Of a stretch of 61,274 bases of DNA, positions 34,750 to 43,562 are shown one piece after another (position 1 is the first letter of the stretch; each line of letters opens with the position of its first letter). The translations under genes and the position numbers were made by a program. Below the pieces are notes generated by a model, which was not told the origin of the DNA, made no database searches, and saw only the letters and a list, made by a program, of their open reading frames with translations. The DNA comes from Chloroflexota bacterium (lineage in GTDB: Bacteria; Chloroflexota; Dehalococcoidia; Lucifugimonadales; Australimonadaceae): the NCBI GenBank assembly GCA_038109085.1, contig JAYNIL010000004.1:1-61274 (forward strand), read 5' to 3'.

Positions 34750-36071
34750 CTGCCCTCCCCGTCCGTCTCGGCGTCCATCCTGGGCTTGCGCGCGATGAGC
34801 AGCAGCACCACCGCGAGGGCGTAGAGGCCCAGGATGGCCTTGAAGGCATCGTCGTAGGAGCCGCGCAGGTCGAACATGAACGCGGCGATGAGGGAGCCTG
34901 AGGCGTTGCCGGTCATCTGGAAGGGGATGGTGGAGCCCCGGATGGCCCCAAGGTAGCGCCGGCCGAAGAAGTCCGCCCACACCACCTCGGACAGCAGGCC
35001 CACGCCTGCGAGGCCCACGCCGAACACCGCCGCCGAGACGAAGGCCCCCACCACGCCCTGGGTGCGTAGCACCAGTAGGGTGGCGAGCCAGAGCGTCGCC
35101 ACGGCCAGCGCCAGCATGAGCTTGGCGCCGATGCGGTCGGACAGGTAGCCCCACACGAACACGGACAGGATGGAACCGGCGGTCATAAAGGAGATGGAGG
35201 CCGCCGCAGCCGTGTTGGAGACGCCCACGTCCGAGTAGTGGGGCACCATGTGGAAGGTGACGCCGGTGTTGCCGATGGCGTTGGCGGTGACCATCACCGT
35301 CAGCAGCCAGAAGGGCACCGTGCGCAGCGCCCGCTTCTGGGTGATGCCGGTGACCGACGCGAAGGGCTTCGCGCTGTCAGCACCCGCCGCATCGCCGGAG
35401 CGCCCGTCCCCGTCGGGCAGCAGGCCCAGGTCCTCCGGGAGCCTCCGCAGGAGCAGCACGGCGGGCACCACGGCCATGAGCACCGTGAGCACGCCGAACA
35501 CCACCCAGGCCTCACGCCAACCGTGGTTGTCGATGACCCACTGGATCAGCGGGGCCAGGGCGATGCCGCCGATGTACCCGCCCAGGGTGGCGGTGGAGAT
35601 GGCCATGGCCCGGCGGCGCACGAACCACTTGGATACCGTGGCGTACAGCAGTTGGTGGCCGGTGGCCGACTGCATCATGGAACGGCCCGTGGCGTACACC
35701 ACGTAGAAGCTCACCAGGGTGGAGACGGCAGCCAGGCCGAAATAGGAGGCGGCCAGGAGGGCGAAGGCCCCGGTCATCATGCCGCGCGGGCCGAACCGGT
35801 CCAGCACCCGGCCCAGGTAGACGCCCATGGCCGCGGCGGCCACGGTGCCGATGGTGACGGCCAGGTTCATCTCCGTGCGCGTCCACCCGAACTCGGCGCT
35901 CATGGGCTTGAGGAAGATGCCGAAGAACGAGCCGTTGAGGCCGGTGCGTGGGATGCCGCCGGAGAGCACCACGCCTACGATGAACCAGCCGTAGTAGAGG
36001 CGCCCACGCGCCAGGCGTTTGACGAGCCGGTCCGAGATGGTCAAGGGGAGCGCCTCCGGGGGCGCCAGCAT
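34746..36071 (-). CDS. MFS transporter (oxalate/formate antiporter-like)
   Basis: I chose the start at MLAPPE (ATG 36071); the track ORF extends to 36356 through the divergent promoter region. YYGWFIVGVV...FGIFLKPMSAEFGW is typical. Confidence 0.78.
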   Translation of the reverse strand: MLAPPEALPLTISDRLVKRLARGRLYYGWFIVGVVLSGGIPRTGLNGSFFGIFLKPMSAEFGWTRTEMNLAVTIGTVAAAAMGVYLGRVLDRFGPRGMMTGAFALLAASYFGLAAVSTLVSFYVVYATGRSMMQSATGHQLLYATVSKWFVRRRAMAISTATLGGYIGGIALAPLIQWVIDNHGWREAWVVFGVLTVLMAVVPAVLLLRRLPEDLGLLPDGDGRSGDAAGADSAKPFASVTGITQKRALRTVPFWLLTVMVTANAIGNTGVTFHMVPHYSDVGVSNTAAAASISFMTAGSILSVFVWGYLSDRIGAKLMLALAVATLWLATLLVLRTQGVVGAFVSAAVFGVGLAGVGLLSEVVWADFFGRRYLGAIRGSTIPFQMTGNASGSLIAAFMFDLRGSYDDAFKAILGLYALAVVLLLIARKPRMDAETDGEGS

Positions 36072-36146
36072 ACACGTGCACCGGGGCTTGCGGGCTTGGA
36101 GTACCATGCCGTCGACTTGCGCGAAAGGCCGAGAGAGGTGTGCGCC

Positions 36147-37316
36147 ATGCTGAGCGTGGAACAGAACGAACGCCTGACGCAGGTGGGGCCGGGAACGCCC
36201 GCCGGTGAGCTGCTGCGCCGCTACTGGATGCCGGTGGCCCCCAAGGCCGAGGTGGATGAGGTGCGGGTGAAGCCCGTGCGTCTGCTGGGCGAGGACCTGG
36301 TGGTCTACCGGGATGCGCGCGGGCGCTACGGGCTCATCGGGGAGCATTGCCCGCACCGCTTCGCCTCATTCGCCTACGGGCGCATCGACGACGATGGCAT
36401 CCGCTGCCCCTACCACGGCTGGAAGTTCGACCTGACCGGCGCGTGCCTCGACCAGCCCGCCGAGCCCAAGGGCTCCACCTACAAGGACGCGGTGCGCCAG
36501 AGCGCCTACCCGGTGACCGAATCGGGCGGGCTGCTCTTCGCCTATTTGGGCCCGGCACCCGCGCCGCTGATACCCCGCTTCGACGTGCTGGCGCGCCCGG
36601 ACTGGGTGCGGCGCATCGAGATACACCCGGTGCTGGAGTGCAACTGGGTGCAGCCCATGGAGAACTCGGTGGACCCGGCGCACCTGTACTGGCTGCACGG
36701 GTACGCGGGCGGCGCTCCCGACCAGCAGCCGGACGATGAGAACACCTACGAGGAGTTCGACTTCGGCATCTACAAGTCGCACTTGAACACCGAGGAGATA
36801 GAGACGCACCCGCTGGTGTTCCCCAACATCTTGCGCGGGCCGGGGTTCGTGGCCCACTTCCGGGTGCCGATGGATGACACCCACACCCGCATCTTCTACA
36901 TCCTCTACAACCCCACCGACGACGGCGGGCCCGCGAACCAGGAGCAGGTGCCCTACTCCTACATCGGCCCCATCAAGACTCCCTACGACGACCACGGCTA
37001 CACCCGCTACCGGCACCGCATGGACACCTTCGCAGGGCAGGACGGCATGGCCTGGGAGACGCAGGGGCCCGTGACCGAGCGCGCCAACGAGCACCTGGCG
37101 GTGAGCGATGCGGGCATCATCCTGTTCCGCAAGATGCTGGACCGGCAGATAACGGCCGTGGCCGAGGGGCAGGACCCCCTGGGCACGCTGCGCGAGCCCC
37201 ACGAGGTCATCAATTTCATCGTCCGCCGCCTGGACCGCCACACCGGAGAAAGCATCCCCTGGAAGGGCCAGGTGGGCCGTAGCTTCGCCAGGTCCGTCAG
37301 CGTCCCCGTCGCCTGA
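36147..37316 (+). CDS. Rieske [2Fe-2S] aromatic ring-hydroxylating oxygenase, alpha-type subunit
   Basis: Start MLSVEQNERL (ATG 36147). Rieske motif CPHRFASFAYGRIDDDGIRCPYHGWKF. Confidence 0.88.
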   Translation: MLSVEQNERLTQVGPGTPAGELLRRYWMPVAPKAEVDEVRVKPVRLLGEDLVVYRDARGRYGLIGEHCPHRFASFAYGRIDDDGIRCPYHGWKFDLTGACLDQPAEPKGSTYKDAVRQSAYPVTESGGLLFAYLGPAPAPLIPRFDVLARPDWVRRIEIHPVLECNWVQPMENSVDPAHLYWLHGYAGGAPDQQPDDENTYEEFDFGIYKSHLNTEEIETHPLVFPNILRGPGFVAHFRVPMDDTHTRIFYILYNPTDDGGPANQEQVPYSYIGPIKTPYDDHGYTRYRHRMDTFAGQDGMAWETQGPVTERANEHLAVSDAGIILFRKMLDRQITAVAEGQDPLGTLREPHEVINFIVRRLDRHTGESIPWKGQVGRSFARSVSVPVA

Positions 37317-37339
37317 GAGAGCGCCTGCAGGAGCCACCC

Positions 37340-38503
37340 ATGAGCATGATCATCGACTGCGACACCCATTTCTTCCCGCCCGACGCCTTCGACCACATCG
37401 AAGGGCCGCTGGCCGAGCGCGCCCCGCGATTGGTGTTCGACGGGCCGAACCTGAAGGACATCGTCTTCCCCGATGGCCCATGCGCCGTCCAGGGCGCGAC
37501 GCCCCTGCCCGCTCCGGGCTCTGGCGCGCGCTACGACGGCATGTCCGATGCCTCAGCGCGCATGGGCGACTACACGGGGATGGGCATCAACCGTCAGTTG
37601 GTGCTGCCCCAGTTCACGGGGTGGTGGTCCTACGGCCTGGAGCCCGCGCTGGGCGTGGCGCTGGCGCACTCCTGGAACGTGGCGATGAAGCGCATGGCGG
37701 ATGCGCGAGAGGGCGTCTACCCCGTGGCGCTGGTGGCGCTGCAGGACGTGGACGCGTCCATCGCCGAGGTGCGTTGGGCCAAAGATAACGGCTTCCCGGC
37801 GGTGGTCATCGACTACGTCTACCCCGCCGAGGGCAGCACCTACGGGATGCCCACGGCGTGCAGGCGTGAGGTGTGGCCCTTCTTCGCGGCGTGCGAGGAG
37901 CTGGACATGCCGGTGTTCCTGCACGCGGTGCAGCACGGGCACCGGCTGAACAATCTGCTCAACTTCCAGCTGGACGGGCTGGACATCTTCACCCCCTCGG
38001 AGCCGCAGATGAACCTGGTGGCGATGATCACCACGGGCCTGCTGGACCGCCATCCAGGGCTGAAGATCGTGCACGCTGAGCAGGGCGCGGGGTACATCCG
38101 CCCCATTGCCGAGTGGCTCGATAGGCTCCACGGCCCCTACGTGGCTGCGTATGAGCAGGGGGAGGGCGTAAGCGCCGGGTGGCGGCGCAAGCTGCCCGCC
38201 AAGGCACCCCAGCTGGTGAGCCGGGAGGACGCGGCGGAGAAGAACCGCCACCTGCCCTCCCACTACTTCCGCACCAACTTCTACTGGACCATCGAGACCG
38301 AGGAGGATGAACTGGTGGACGCCATCGCCTTCGTGGGCGCGGACCGCTTCCTCTTCGCCACCGACTACCCGCACGATGACCCCGGCGGACTGAAGAAGTT
38401 CGAGGACGTGGGCCTGCTGGCGGCCAACCCGAACCTATCCGAGGACGTGAAGGAGCAGCTGCGCTGGCGCAACGCGGCGGCGGTGTTCAACCTGCCGGCC
38501 TAG
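37340..38503 (+). CDS. amidohydrolase-2 family protein (ACMSD-like decarboxylase/hydrolase)
   Basis: 387 aa. N-terminal IIDCDTHFF and C-terminal FATDYPHDD metal-ligand motifs. Confidence 0.82.
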   Translation: MSMIIDCDTHFFPPDAFDHIEGPLAERAPRLVFDGPNLKDIVFPDGPCAVQGATPLPAPGSGARYDGMSDASARMGDYTGMGINRQLVLPQFTGWWSYGLEPALGVALAHSWNVAMKRMADAREGVYPVALVALQDVDASIAEVRWAKDNGFPAVVIDYVYPAEGSTYGMPTACRREVWPFFAACEELDMPVFLHAVQHGHRLNNLLNFQLDGLDIFTPSEPQMNLVAMITTGLLDRHPGLKIVHAEQGAGYIRPIAEWLDRLHGPYVAAYEQGEGVSAGWRRKLPAKAPQLVSREDAAEKNRHLPSHYFRTNFYWTIETEEDELVDAIAFVGADRFLFATDYPHDDPGGLKKFEDVGLLAANPNLSEDVKEQLRWRNAAAVFNLPA

Positions 38504-38510
38504 ACCGGCG

Positions 38511-38539
38511 TTGACGGGCCGCGCGGGCGGGGGTAGCGT
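38511..38539 (+). promoter_or_regulatory. candidate sigma-70 promoter for the bicupin gene
   Basis: TTGACG (38511-38516), a 17-nt spacer, then TAGCGT (38534-38539). Confidence 0.4.
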
Positions 38540-38613
38540 TGCGCCCGCCGGACGGCGGGGACGCACCGGCCCGGCTACAGCCGCGACGGAACCAACTCAG
38601 ACGGAGGGGAACC

Positions 38614-39789
38614 ATGACGACGAACTATGACCCATCCAAGGTGGGCGTCTTCGAACGCATCGACACCTACGAGCAGTGGCAGAAGGACGAGGGCGTCATC
38701 ATCCACGGCGGCCTCTACATCAAGGACCTGTACTCCCTGGAGCTGAGCGATTGGCCCCGCAAGGGCGTCAAGGGCGCGGTGGTCTACCTGGACGGCGACG
38801 AGGACACGGACGAGCACGTCGTCGAGATCGGCCCCGCGGGCAAGACCAACCCCGAGCGCCACATGTTCAACGAGGTGGTGTACATCCTCTCTGGCCGGGG
38901 CGCGACCTCGGTCTGGTACGACGAGGGGAAGAAGGAGACCTTCGAGTGGAAGGAGGGGGCCTACTTCTCCATCCCCATGAACTCCTGGTGCCAGCACTTC
39001 AACGGCTCCGGCTCCGAGCCCACCCGCATGGTCTCCGTGACCACGCTGCCGGGGATGCTGCGCAAGTTCCTCACCCCGGACTTCATCTGGAACAACCCCT
39101 ACGTGTTTCCTGACCGGCTCACCAACACCGAGGGCTGGGGCTCCGGCGGCGGCACCATGTACAAGGGGCGCATCTGGGAGACAAACTTCCTGCCGGACGC
39201 GGCCAATATGCCCATGCCCGACTGGTCGGAGCGCGGGGCGGGCGGCACCAACATCATGCTCTCCCTGGCCGACAACACCGTCGCCTCCCACATCTCCGAG
39301 TTCCCGGTGGGCACCTACAAGAAGGCGCATCGCCACGGGCCGGGCGCGCACCTGCTCATCACGGGCGGCGTAGGCTTCGCGCTGATCTGGAAGAACGAGG
39401 ACATGTCGGACCTCGTGAAGGCAGACTGGCAGCGTGGCTCGCTCTACCTGCCCACGGCGGACTCGGACAACGAGTACTTCCACCAGCACTTCAACGTGGG
39501 CACCACCCCCGCCCGCTACATCAACATGAGCCCCGCCAACTCCCGCAAGTACGCGGTGAAGCGCGGCTCCAACGACGTCTCCAAGCAGGGTGAGATCCGC
39601 GCCATGGTCTCCATCAAGGAGGGCGGCATCCAGCTGGAGTACGAGGACGAGGCCAAGCGTGTCCACGAGATCTTCGAGGCGGAGCTGGCCAAGCACGGCC
39701 AGGAGTGCCGAATGAAGAACCTGATCCCCTGGTGCACCGGGGTGAAGGGCCCGGAGAACAAGAAGGGTGCGCTGAAGGCCTACGCCTAG
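38614..39789 (+). CDS. bicupin-domain protein (dioxygenase-like)
   Basis: Start MTTNYDPSK (ATG 38614, SD GGAGGGGA). Two cupin cores: ERHMFNEVVYILSGRGATSVW and FPVGTYKKAHRHGPGAHLLITGG. Confidence 0.85.
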   Translation: MTTNYDPSKVGVFERIDTYEQWQKDEGVIIHGGLYIKDLYSLELSDWPRKGVKGAVVYLDGDEDTDEHVVEIGPAGKTNPERHMFNEVVYILSGRGATSVWYDEGKKETFEWKEGAYFSIPMNSWCQHFNGSGSEPTRMVSVTTLPGMLRKFLTPDFIWNNPYVFPDRLTNTEGWGSGGGTMYKGRIWETNFLPDAANMPMPDWSERGAGGTNIMLSLADNTVASHISEFPVGTYKKAHRHGPGAHLLITGGVGFALIWKNEDMSDLVKADWQRGSLYLPTADSDNEYFHQHFNVGTTPARYINMSPANSRKYAVKRGSNDVSKQGEIRAMVSIKEGGIQLEYEDEAKRVHEIFEAELAKHGQECRMKNLIPWCTGVKGPENKKGALKAYA

Positions 39790-39805
39790 GCCCCTGCGAG
39801 TGAGT

Positions 39806-39849
39806 GACGGCAGAAGGCCCGGCCAGTGATGGCCGGGCCTTCTGCCGTC
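39806..39849 (+). terminator. long stem-loop terminator after the bicupin gene
   Basis: Perfect 19-bp stem GACGGCAGAAGGCCCGGCC / GGCCGGGCCTTCTGCCGTC with loop AGTGAT. No strong U-tract. Confidence 0.7.
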
Positions 39850-39865
39850 CACGGGCGTGCACCCG

Positions 39866-39871
39866 TATAAT
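39866..39871 (+). promoter_or_regulatory. -10 box TATAAT, leaderless-type, for the argF-like gene
   Basis: A perfect TATAAT ends 6 nt before ATG 39878. This supports the MPTDFITV start over track start 39857. Confidence 0.45.
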
Positions 39872-39877
39872 GTGTGC

Positions 39878-40789
39878 ATGCCCACTGATTTCATCACCGT
39901 CGACGACGTGACCAACGATGAGCTGGCCGCCCTGGTCGAGGCCGCTGATGCCTCCTCGCAAGGGCGGAGCCTGGGCTCCCCGCTGGGTGGGCGCTCCGTA
40001 GCGCTGCTGTTCGAGAAGCCATCGCTGCGCACCAAGGTGAGCTTCGACATCGCCGTCTACGAGCTGGGCGGCCACCCCCTCTACCTGGGCGCCAACGAGG
40101 TGGGCCTGGACACCCGCGAGCCGGTGGAGGACGTGGCCCACGTGCTGGAACAGTGGGTGGCGGCCATCGTGGCGCGGGTGTTCGCCCAGTCCACGCTGAC
40201 CCGCTTCGCCGCCACCGCCGGGGTGCCGGTGGTGAACGCCCTCTCCGACCACGAGCACCCCTGCCAGGCGGTGGCCGATGTGCTCACCGCCACCCAGCGC
40301 CTAGGGCCCCTGGCCGGGCGCACCGTGGCCTACGTGGGCGATGCCAACAACTGCGCGCGCTCCTTGGGCCTGGCCACCGTGGCGCTGGGCGCCCGGTTCA
40401 CCATCGCCGCGCCCGAGGGGTACGGGTTCGACGGCGCCTCCCTGGCGCAGATAGACGCGCGCGCTAAGGGCCACGAGACGCTCCAGACCCACGACCCGGC
40501 GGAGGCGGTGCGCGATGCCAGCGTGGTCTACACCGACGTGTGGACCTCCATGGGCCAGGAGGCCGAGTCGGCCTTGCGCCTCAAGGCCTTCCAGGGCTAC
40601 CAGGTGAACCCGGCGCTATTGGCTCACGCGCGGCCCGAGGTGGTACTGCTGCACCCCATGCCAGCCCACTACGGCGAGGAGGTGCCCGCAGGCATGCTGG
40701 ACCACCCGTCATCGGCCGCCTATCAGCAGGCCGGCAACCGGCTGCACGCCCAGAAGGCCGTGCTCGCCCTTCTTGCCAGGGCGGGCTAG
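39878..40789 (+). CDS. argF: ornithine carbamoyltransferase-like transcarbamylase with atypical motifs
   Basis: FEKPSLRTKVSF (canonical is STRTR), SDHEHPCQ, VGDANN, TDVWTSMGQE, LHPMPAHYGEEV (canonical is HCLP) and AGNRLHAQKAVL. Confidence 0.8.
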   Translation: MPTDFITVDDVTNDELAALVEAADASSQGRSLGSPLGGRSVALLFEKPSLRTKVSFDIAVYELGGHPLYLGANEVGLDTREPVEDVAHVLEQWVAAIVARVFAQSTLTRFAATAGVPVVNALSDHEHPCQAVADVLTATQRLGPLAGRTVAYVGDANNCARSLGLATVALGARFTIAAPEGYGFDGASLAQIDARAKGHETLQTHDPAEAVRDASVVYTDVWTSMGQEAESALRLKAFQGYQVNPALLAHARPEVVLLHPMPAHYGEEVPAGMLDHPSSAAYQQAGNRLHAQKAVLALLARAG

Positions 40790-40791
40790 CC

Positions 40792-42261
40792 ATGACCACC
40801 TCCGGCGGCCCCGGAACGCGCCCCCTCATCGCCATCGTGGGCCGCCCCAACGTGGGCAAGTCCAGCCTGTTCAACGCCTTCGTGGGCAAGCGTGCGGCCA
40901 TCGTCTCGGAGATAGCCGGGACGACCCGCGACCGCCTGGCCCTGCCCCTCACCCATCTCAACCGCGACGTGCTGCTGGTGGACACGGGGGGCCTCGTGGA
41001 GGAGTCGGAGAGCGCCATGGACGCGCACATTGCGGCCCAGGTCTCGGCCGCCGTCAGCGGCGCAGACGCCGTGGTGCTGGTGGTGGACGCACGCACAGGC
41101 ATCACCCCCGCCGACCAGCACGTGGCCGCAATGCTGCGCCGCCAGTCCAAGCCCGTAGTGGTTGCGGTGAACAAGGTGGACAACTTCAAGCAGGAGGCGC
41201 TGGCACTGGAGGCCTACGAGCTGGGCCTGGGCGACCCTATACCGGTGAGTGCCCAGCACCGCACGGGCCTGGACGACGTGCTGGACGCGGTGGTGGGCCT
41301 GCTGCCGCCAGCCCCGGAGGTGCCGGTCGAAGAGGAGGCCCCCCTGGTGCACATCGCGCTGGTGGGCCGCCCCAACGTGGGCAAGTCCGCCACGGTGAAC
41401 GCCATCCTGGGCCATGAGCGCTCGATCGTCTCGGAGATCGCCGGGACTACGCGCGATGCCCTGGACACCCCCTTCGCCTACCAGGAGACCCCGGCGGTGC
41501 TCATCGACACGGCAGGTATACGCCGGCGCGGGGCCATCGCGCCCGGCATCGAGCGCTACTCGGTGCTGCGAGCGATGCGCGCCCTCTACCGGGCGGACGT
41601 CGTGGTGGTGCTGCTGGACGCACGTGAGCCGGCGACGGACCAGGACCTGCACATCGCGGGCCAGGCAATGGAGGCGTTCAAGGGCGTGGTGGTGGCCGTG
41701 AACAAGTGGGACCTGGCCACCCCGGAGCAGCGCGAGCATCCCGCGGCCTTCCGCAAGCAGGTGTTGGAGCGGCTGCGGTTCATGGCCCACGTGCCCGTGG
41801 TGTTCATGTCCGCGCTGGAACGGGAAGGCATCGACAACCTGCTGGAGACGGTGTTCGCGGTGCATGAGCGCCGCAGTATGTGGGTGCCGCCGGAGCACCT
41901 CTCCCGCGTGGTGATGACGGCCATCGGCCGCCACACACCCCCGTCCACCAACGGCGGGGTGCTCAAGCTCTACCGCGTGAAGCAGGAGGGCGTAGCACCC
42001 CCCACCTTCGTCTTCTACTGCAACAACCCCACCCGCGTGCATTTCTCCTACGAGCGCTTCCTGGAGAACACTATCCGGGAAACCTTCGGCTTCGAGGGCA
42101 CCCACCTAAAATTGGAGTTCCGGGGTAAGGGGAAAGTGCACGTCATCGGCGGCCACCGCGCCAAGGGCGTGCCGCGCTCCTCCCGCGCGGCGGCCCGCGC
42201 CGCCGAGCGCCCCCCGCGCGGCCGCAGGCACAGCGGGCAGGGCCCGCGGCGGGAGGGTTAG
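40792..42261 (+). CDS. der: ribosome-associated GTPase Der/EngA
   Basis: Start MTTSGGPG (ATG 40792). Two G domains (GRPNVGKSSLFN..DTGG and GRPNVGKSATVN..DTAG) and a KH-like C-terminus with a basic tail. Confidence 0.92.
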   Translation: MTTSGGPGTRPLIAIVGRPNVGKSSLFNAFVGKRAAIVSEIAGTTRDRLALPLTHLNRDVLLVDTGGLVEESESAMDAHIAAQVSAAVSGADAVVLVVDARTGITPADQHVAAMLRRQSKPVVVAVNKVDNFKQEALALEAYELGLGDPIPVSAQHRTGLDDVLDAVVGLLPPAPEVPVEEEAPLVHIALVGRPNVGKSATVNAILGHERSIVSEIAGTTRDALDTPFAYQETPAVLIDTAGIRRRGAIAPGIERYSVLRAMRALYRADVVVVLLDAREPATDQDLHIAGQAMEAFKGVVVAVNKWDLATPEQREHPAAFRKQVLERLRFMAHVPVVFMSALEREGIDNLLETVFAVHERRSMWVPPEHLSRVVMTAIGRHTPPSTNGGVLKLYRVKQEGVAPPTFVFYCNNPTRVHFSYERFLENTIRETFGFEGTHLKLEFRGKGKVHVIGGHRAKGVPRSSRAAARAAERPPRGRRHSGQGPRREG

Positions 42262-42263
42262 CC

Positions 42264-42869
42264 GTGGTCTGGGCCATCATCGCCGCGGGCTACCTGCTGG
42301 GCTCGGTGCAGACCGGCCCGCTGGCGGTGCGCCTGGCGCGCGGGACCGACGTGCGCACCGTCGGCAGTGGACGCACCGGCACAACCAACGTGCTGCGCGC
42401 CGCCGGGCGCTGGGTTGCCCTGACGGTGCTGGCGGCTGATGCCCTCAAGGGCCTCGCCCCAGTGCTGGCGGCCCGCGCGCTGACCGACGAACCGTGGGCC
42501 CCCGCCTCAGCGGGTCTGGCCGCGGTGGTGGGGCACGTGCTCCCCATCTTCTCCCGCCTGCGCGGCGGACGGGGAGTAGCCACAGGCATCGGCGCCGCAG
42601 CGGGGCTGACGCCCCTGGCGCTGGCCGCCGGGCTCGGCGTGTTCATCCCCGTGGTGTTCCTGACGCGATACGTCTCGCTGGCATCCATCAGTGCAGCGAG
42701 CGCCGTGGCGGTGCTCTTCGTCGCGATGGTGGCCATTGGCTGGGAGCACGCAGCGACGCTGGTGTTCGGCCTGGGGGCACCGGGGCTGGTGGTGGCGGCG
42801 CACCATGACAACATCGCGCGCCTGGCGCGGGGCACCGAGCGCCGGCTCGGCCGCCCACCTCACGCCTAG
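42264..42869 (+). CDS. plsY: glycerol-3-phosphate acyltransferase PlsY
   Basis: 201 aa. YLLGSVQTG and VGSGRTGTTNVLRAAG motifs. GTG start 2 nt after the der stop. Confidence 0.9.
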   Translation: MVWAIIAAGYLLGSVQTGPLAVRLARGTDVRTVGSGRTGTTNVLRAAGRWVALTVLAADALKGLAPVLAARALTDEPWAPASAGLAAVVGHVLPIFSRLRGGRGVATGIGAAAGLTPLALAAGLGVFIPVVFLTRYVSLASISAASAVAVLFVAMVAIGWEHAATLVFGLGAPGLVVAAHHDNIARLARGTERRLGRPPHA

Positions 42870-42887
42870 GCCACGCCCGCGGCGGGC

Positions 42888-42916
42888 TTTACCGGCACGG
42901 GGCCCTGTGGTATCGT
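42888..42916 (+). promoter_or_regulatory. candidate promoter for infC-rpmI-rplT
   Basis: TTTACC (42888-42893), a 17-nt spacer, then TATCGT (42911-42916). Confidence 0.35.
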
Positions 42917-42927
42917 TACCGGTGCTT

Positions 42928-42946
42928 GGTGCCGCTCGCCGGCACC
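42928..42946 (+). promoter_or_regulatory. stem-loop in the infC leader (or plsY terminator)
   Basis: GGTGCCG / CGGCACC stem with loop CTCGC, followed by GAATTTACG. An alternative pairing, CGGTGC (42920-42925) with GCACCG (42942-42947), is mutually exclusive with it. Confidence 0.4.
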
Positions 42947-42974
42947 GAATTTACGTGTCGAAGAAAAGGGCAAC

Positions 42975-43562
42975 ATCGCTAGGGAATACCGAGTAAATGA
43001 CCGGATCCGGATACCTGAGGTCCGGGTCATTGATGAGAAGGGCGAGACACTGGGCGTCATACCCACCTCGCAGGCCCTTGCTCTTGCGCGTGAGCGTGAC
43101 CTCGACCTGGTCGAGGTGGCTCCCAACGCCGCTCCTCCGGTGTGCAGGCTGCTCGACTACGGGAAGTTCCGTTACCTGCAGTCCACCAAAGAGCGGGAGA
43201 TGCGCAAGACGCAGAAGGGCAATGTTCTGCGTGAGGTGCGGTTCCGCCCGCGCATCGGACGCCATGACATCGAGGCCAAGGAGCGCCTGATCCACAAATT
43301 GCTGGAAGAGGGCAACAAGGTGAAGGTTTCGGTGATGTTCCGGGGCCGGGAGATCGACCACCCGGAGCTTGCGGTGAACCTGCTCAAGCAGGTGCATGAC
43401 GTGCTGAAGGAAGATGCGAAGCTGGAGCAGACCCCCAACCTGGAGGGGCGCTTCATGAGCATCGTGCTCGCTCCCGCCAAGGCGGTGGCGGTACGTCCGA
43501 TGCAAAGCGACGATTCCGACGATGCGCTGATGGACGGGATGGAGGAGGACGACGGTGCCTAA
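42975..43562 (+). CDS. infC: translation initiation factor IF-3; non-canonical start codon
   Basis: The frame is open from the plsY stop. It reads ...IAREYRVNDRIRIPEVRVIDEKGETLGVIPTSQALALARERDLDLVEVAPNAAPPVCRLLDYGKFRY.... No ATG, GTG or TTG lies upstream of the conserved N-domain. I propose ATC 42975, preceded by AAGAAAAGGG. The exact start is uncertain. Confidence 0.8.
   Translation: MAREYRVNDRIRIPEVRVIDEKGETLGVIPTSQALALARERDLDLVEVAPNAAPPVCRLLDYGKFRYLQSTKEREMRKTQKGNVLREVRFRPRIGRHDIEAKERLIHKLLEEGNKVKVSVMFRGREIDHPELAVNLLKQVHDVLKEDAKLEQTPNLEGRFMSIVLAPAKAVAVRPMQSDDSDDALMDGMEEDDGA

Noticed and set aside
40540-40791. N-terminal extensions offered by the ORF track: der from 40540, pheS from 14466, GT-C from 26363, MFS from 36356, Rieske from 35238, bicupin from 38539, rnhA from 16513, GT2 fusion from 29713.
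   Set aside because: The extensions overlap upstream genes or intergenic promoters and have shadow-ORF composition. Internal starts with SD or leaderless geometry coincide with the beginning of family homology.
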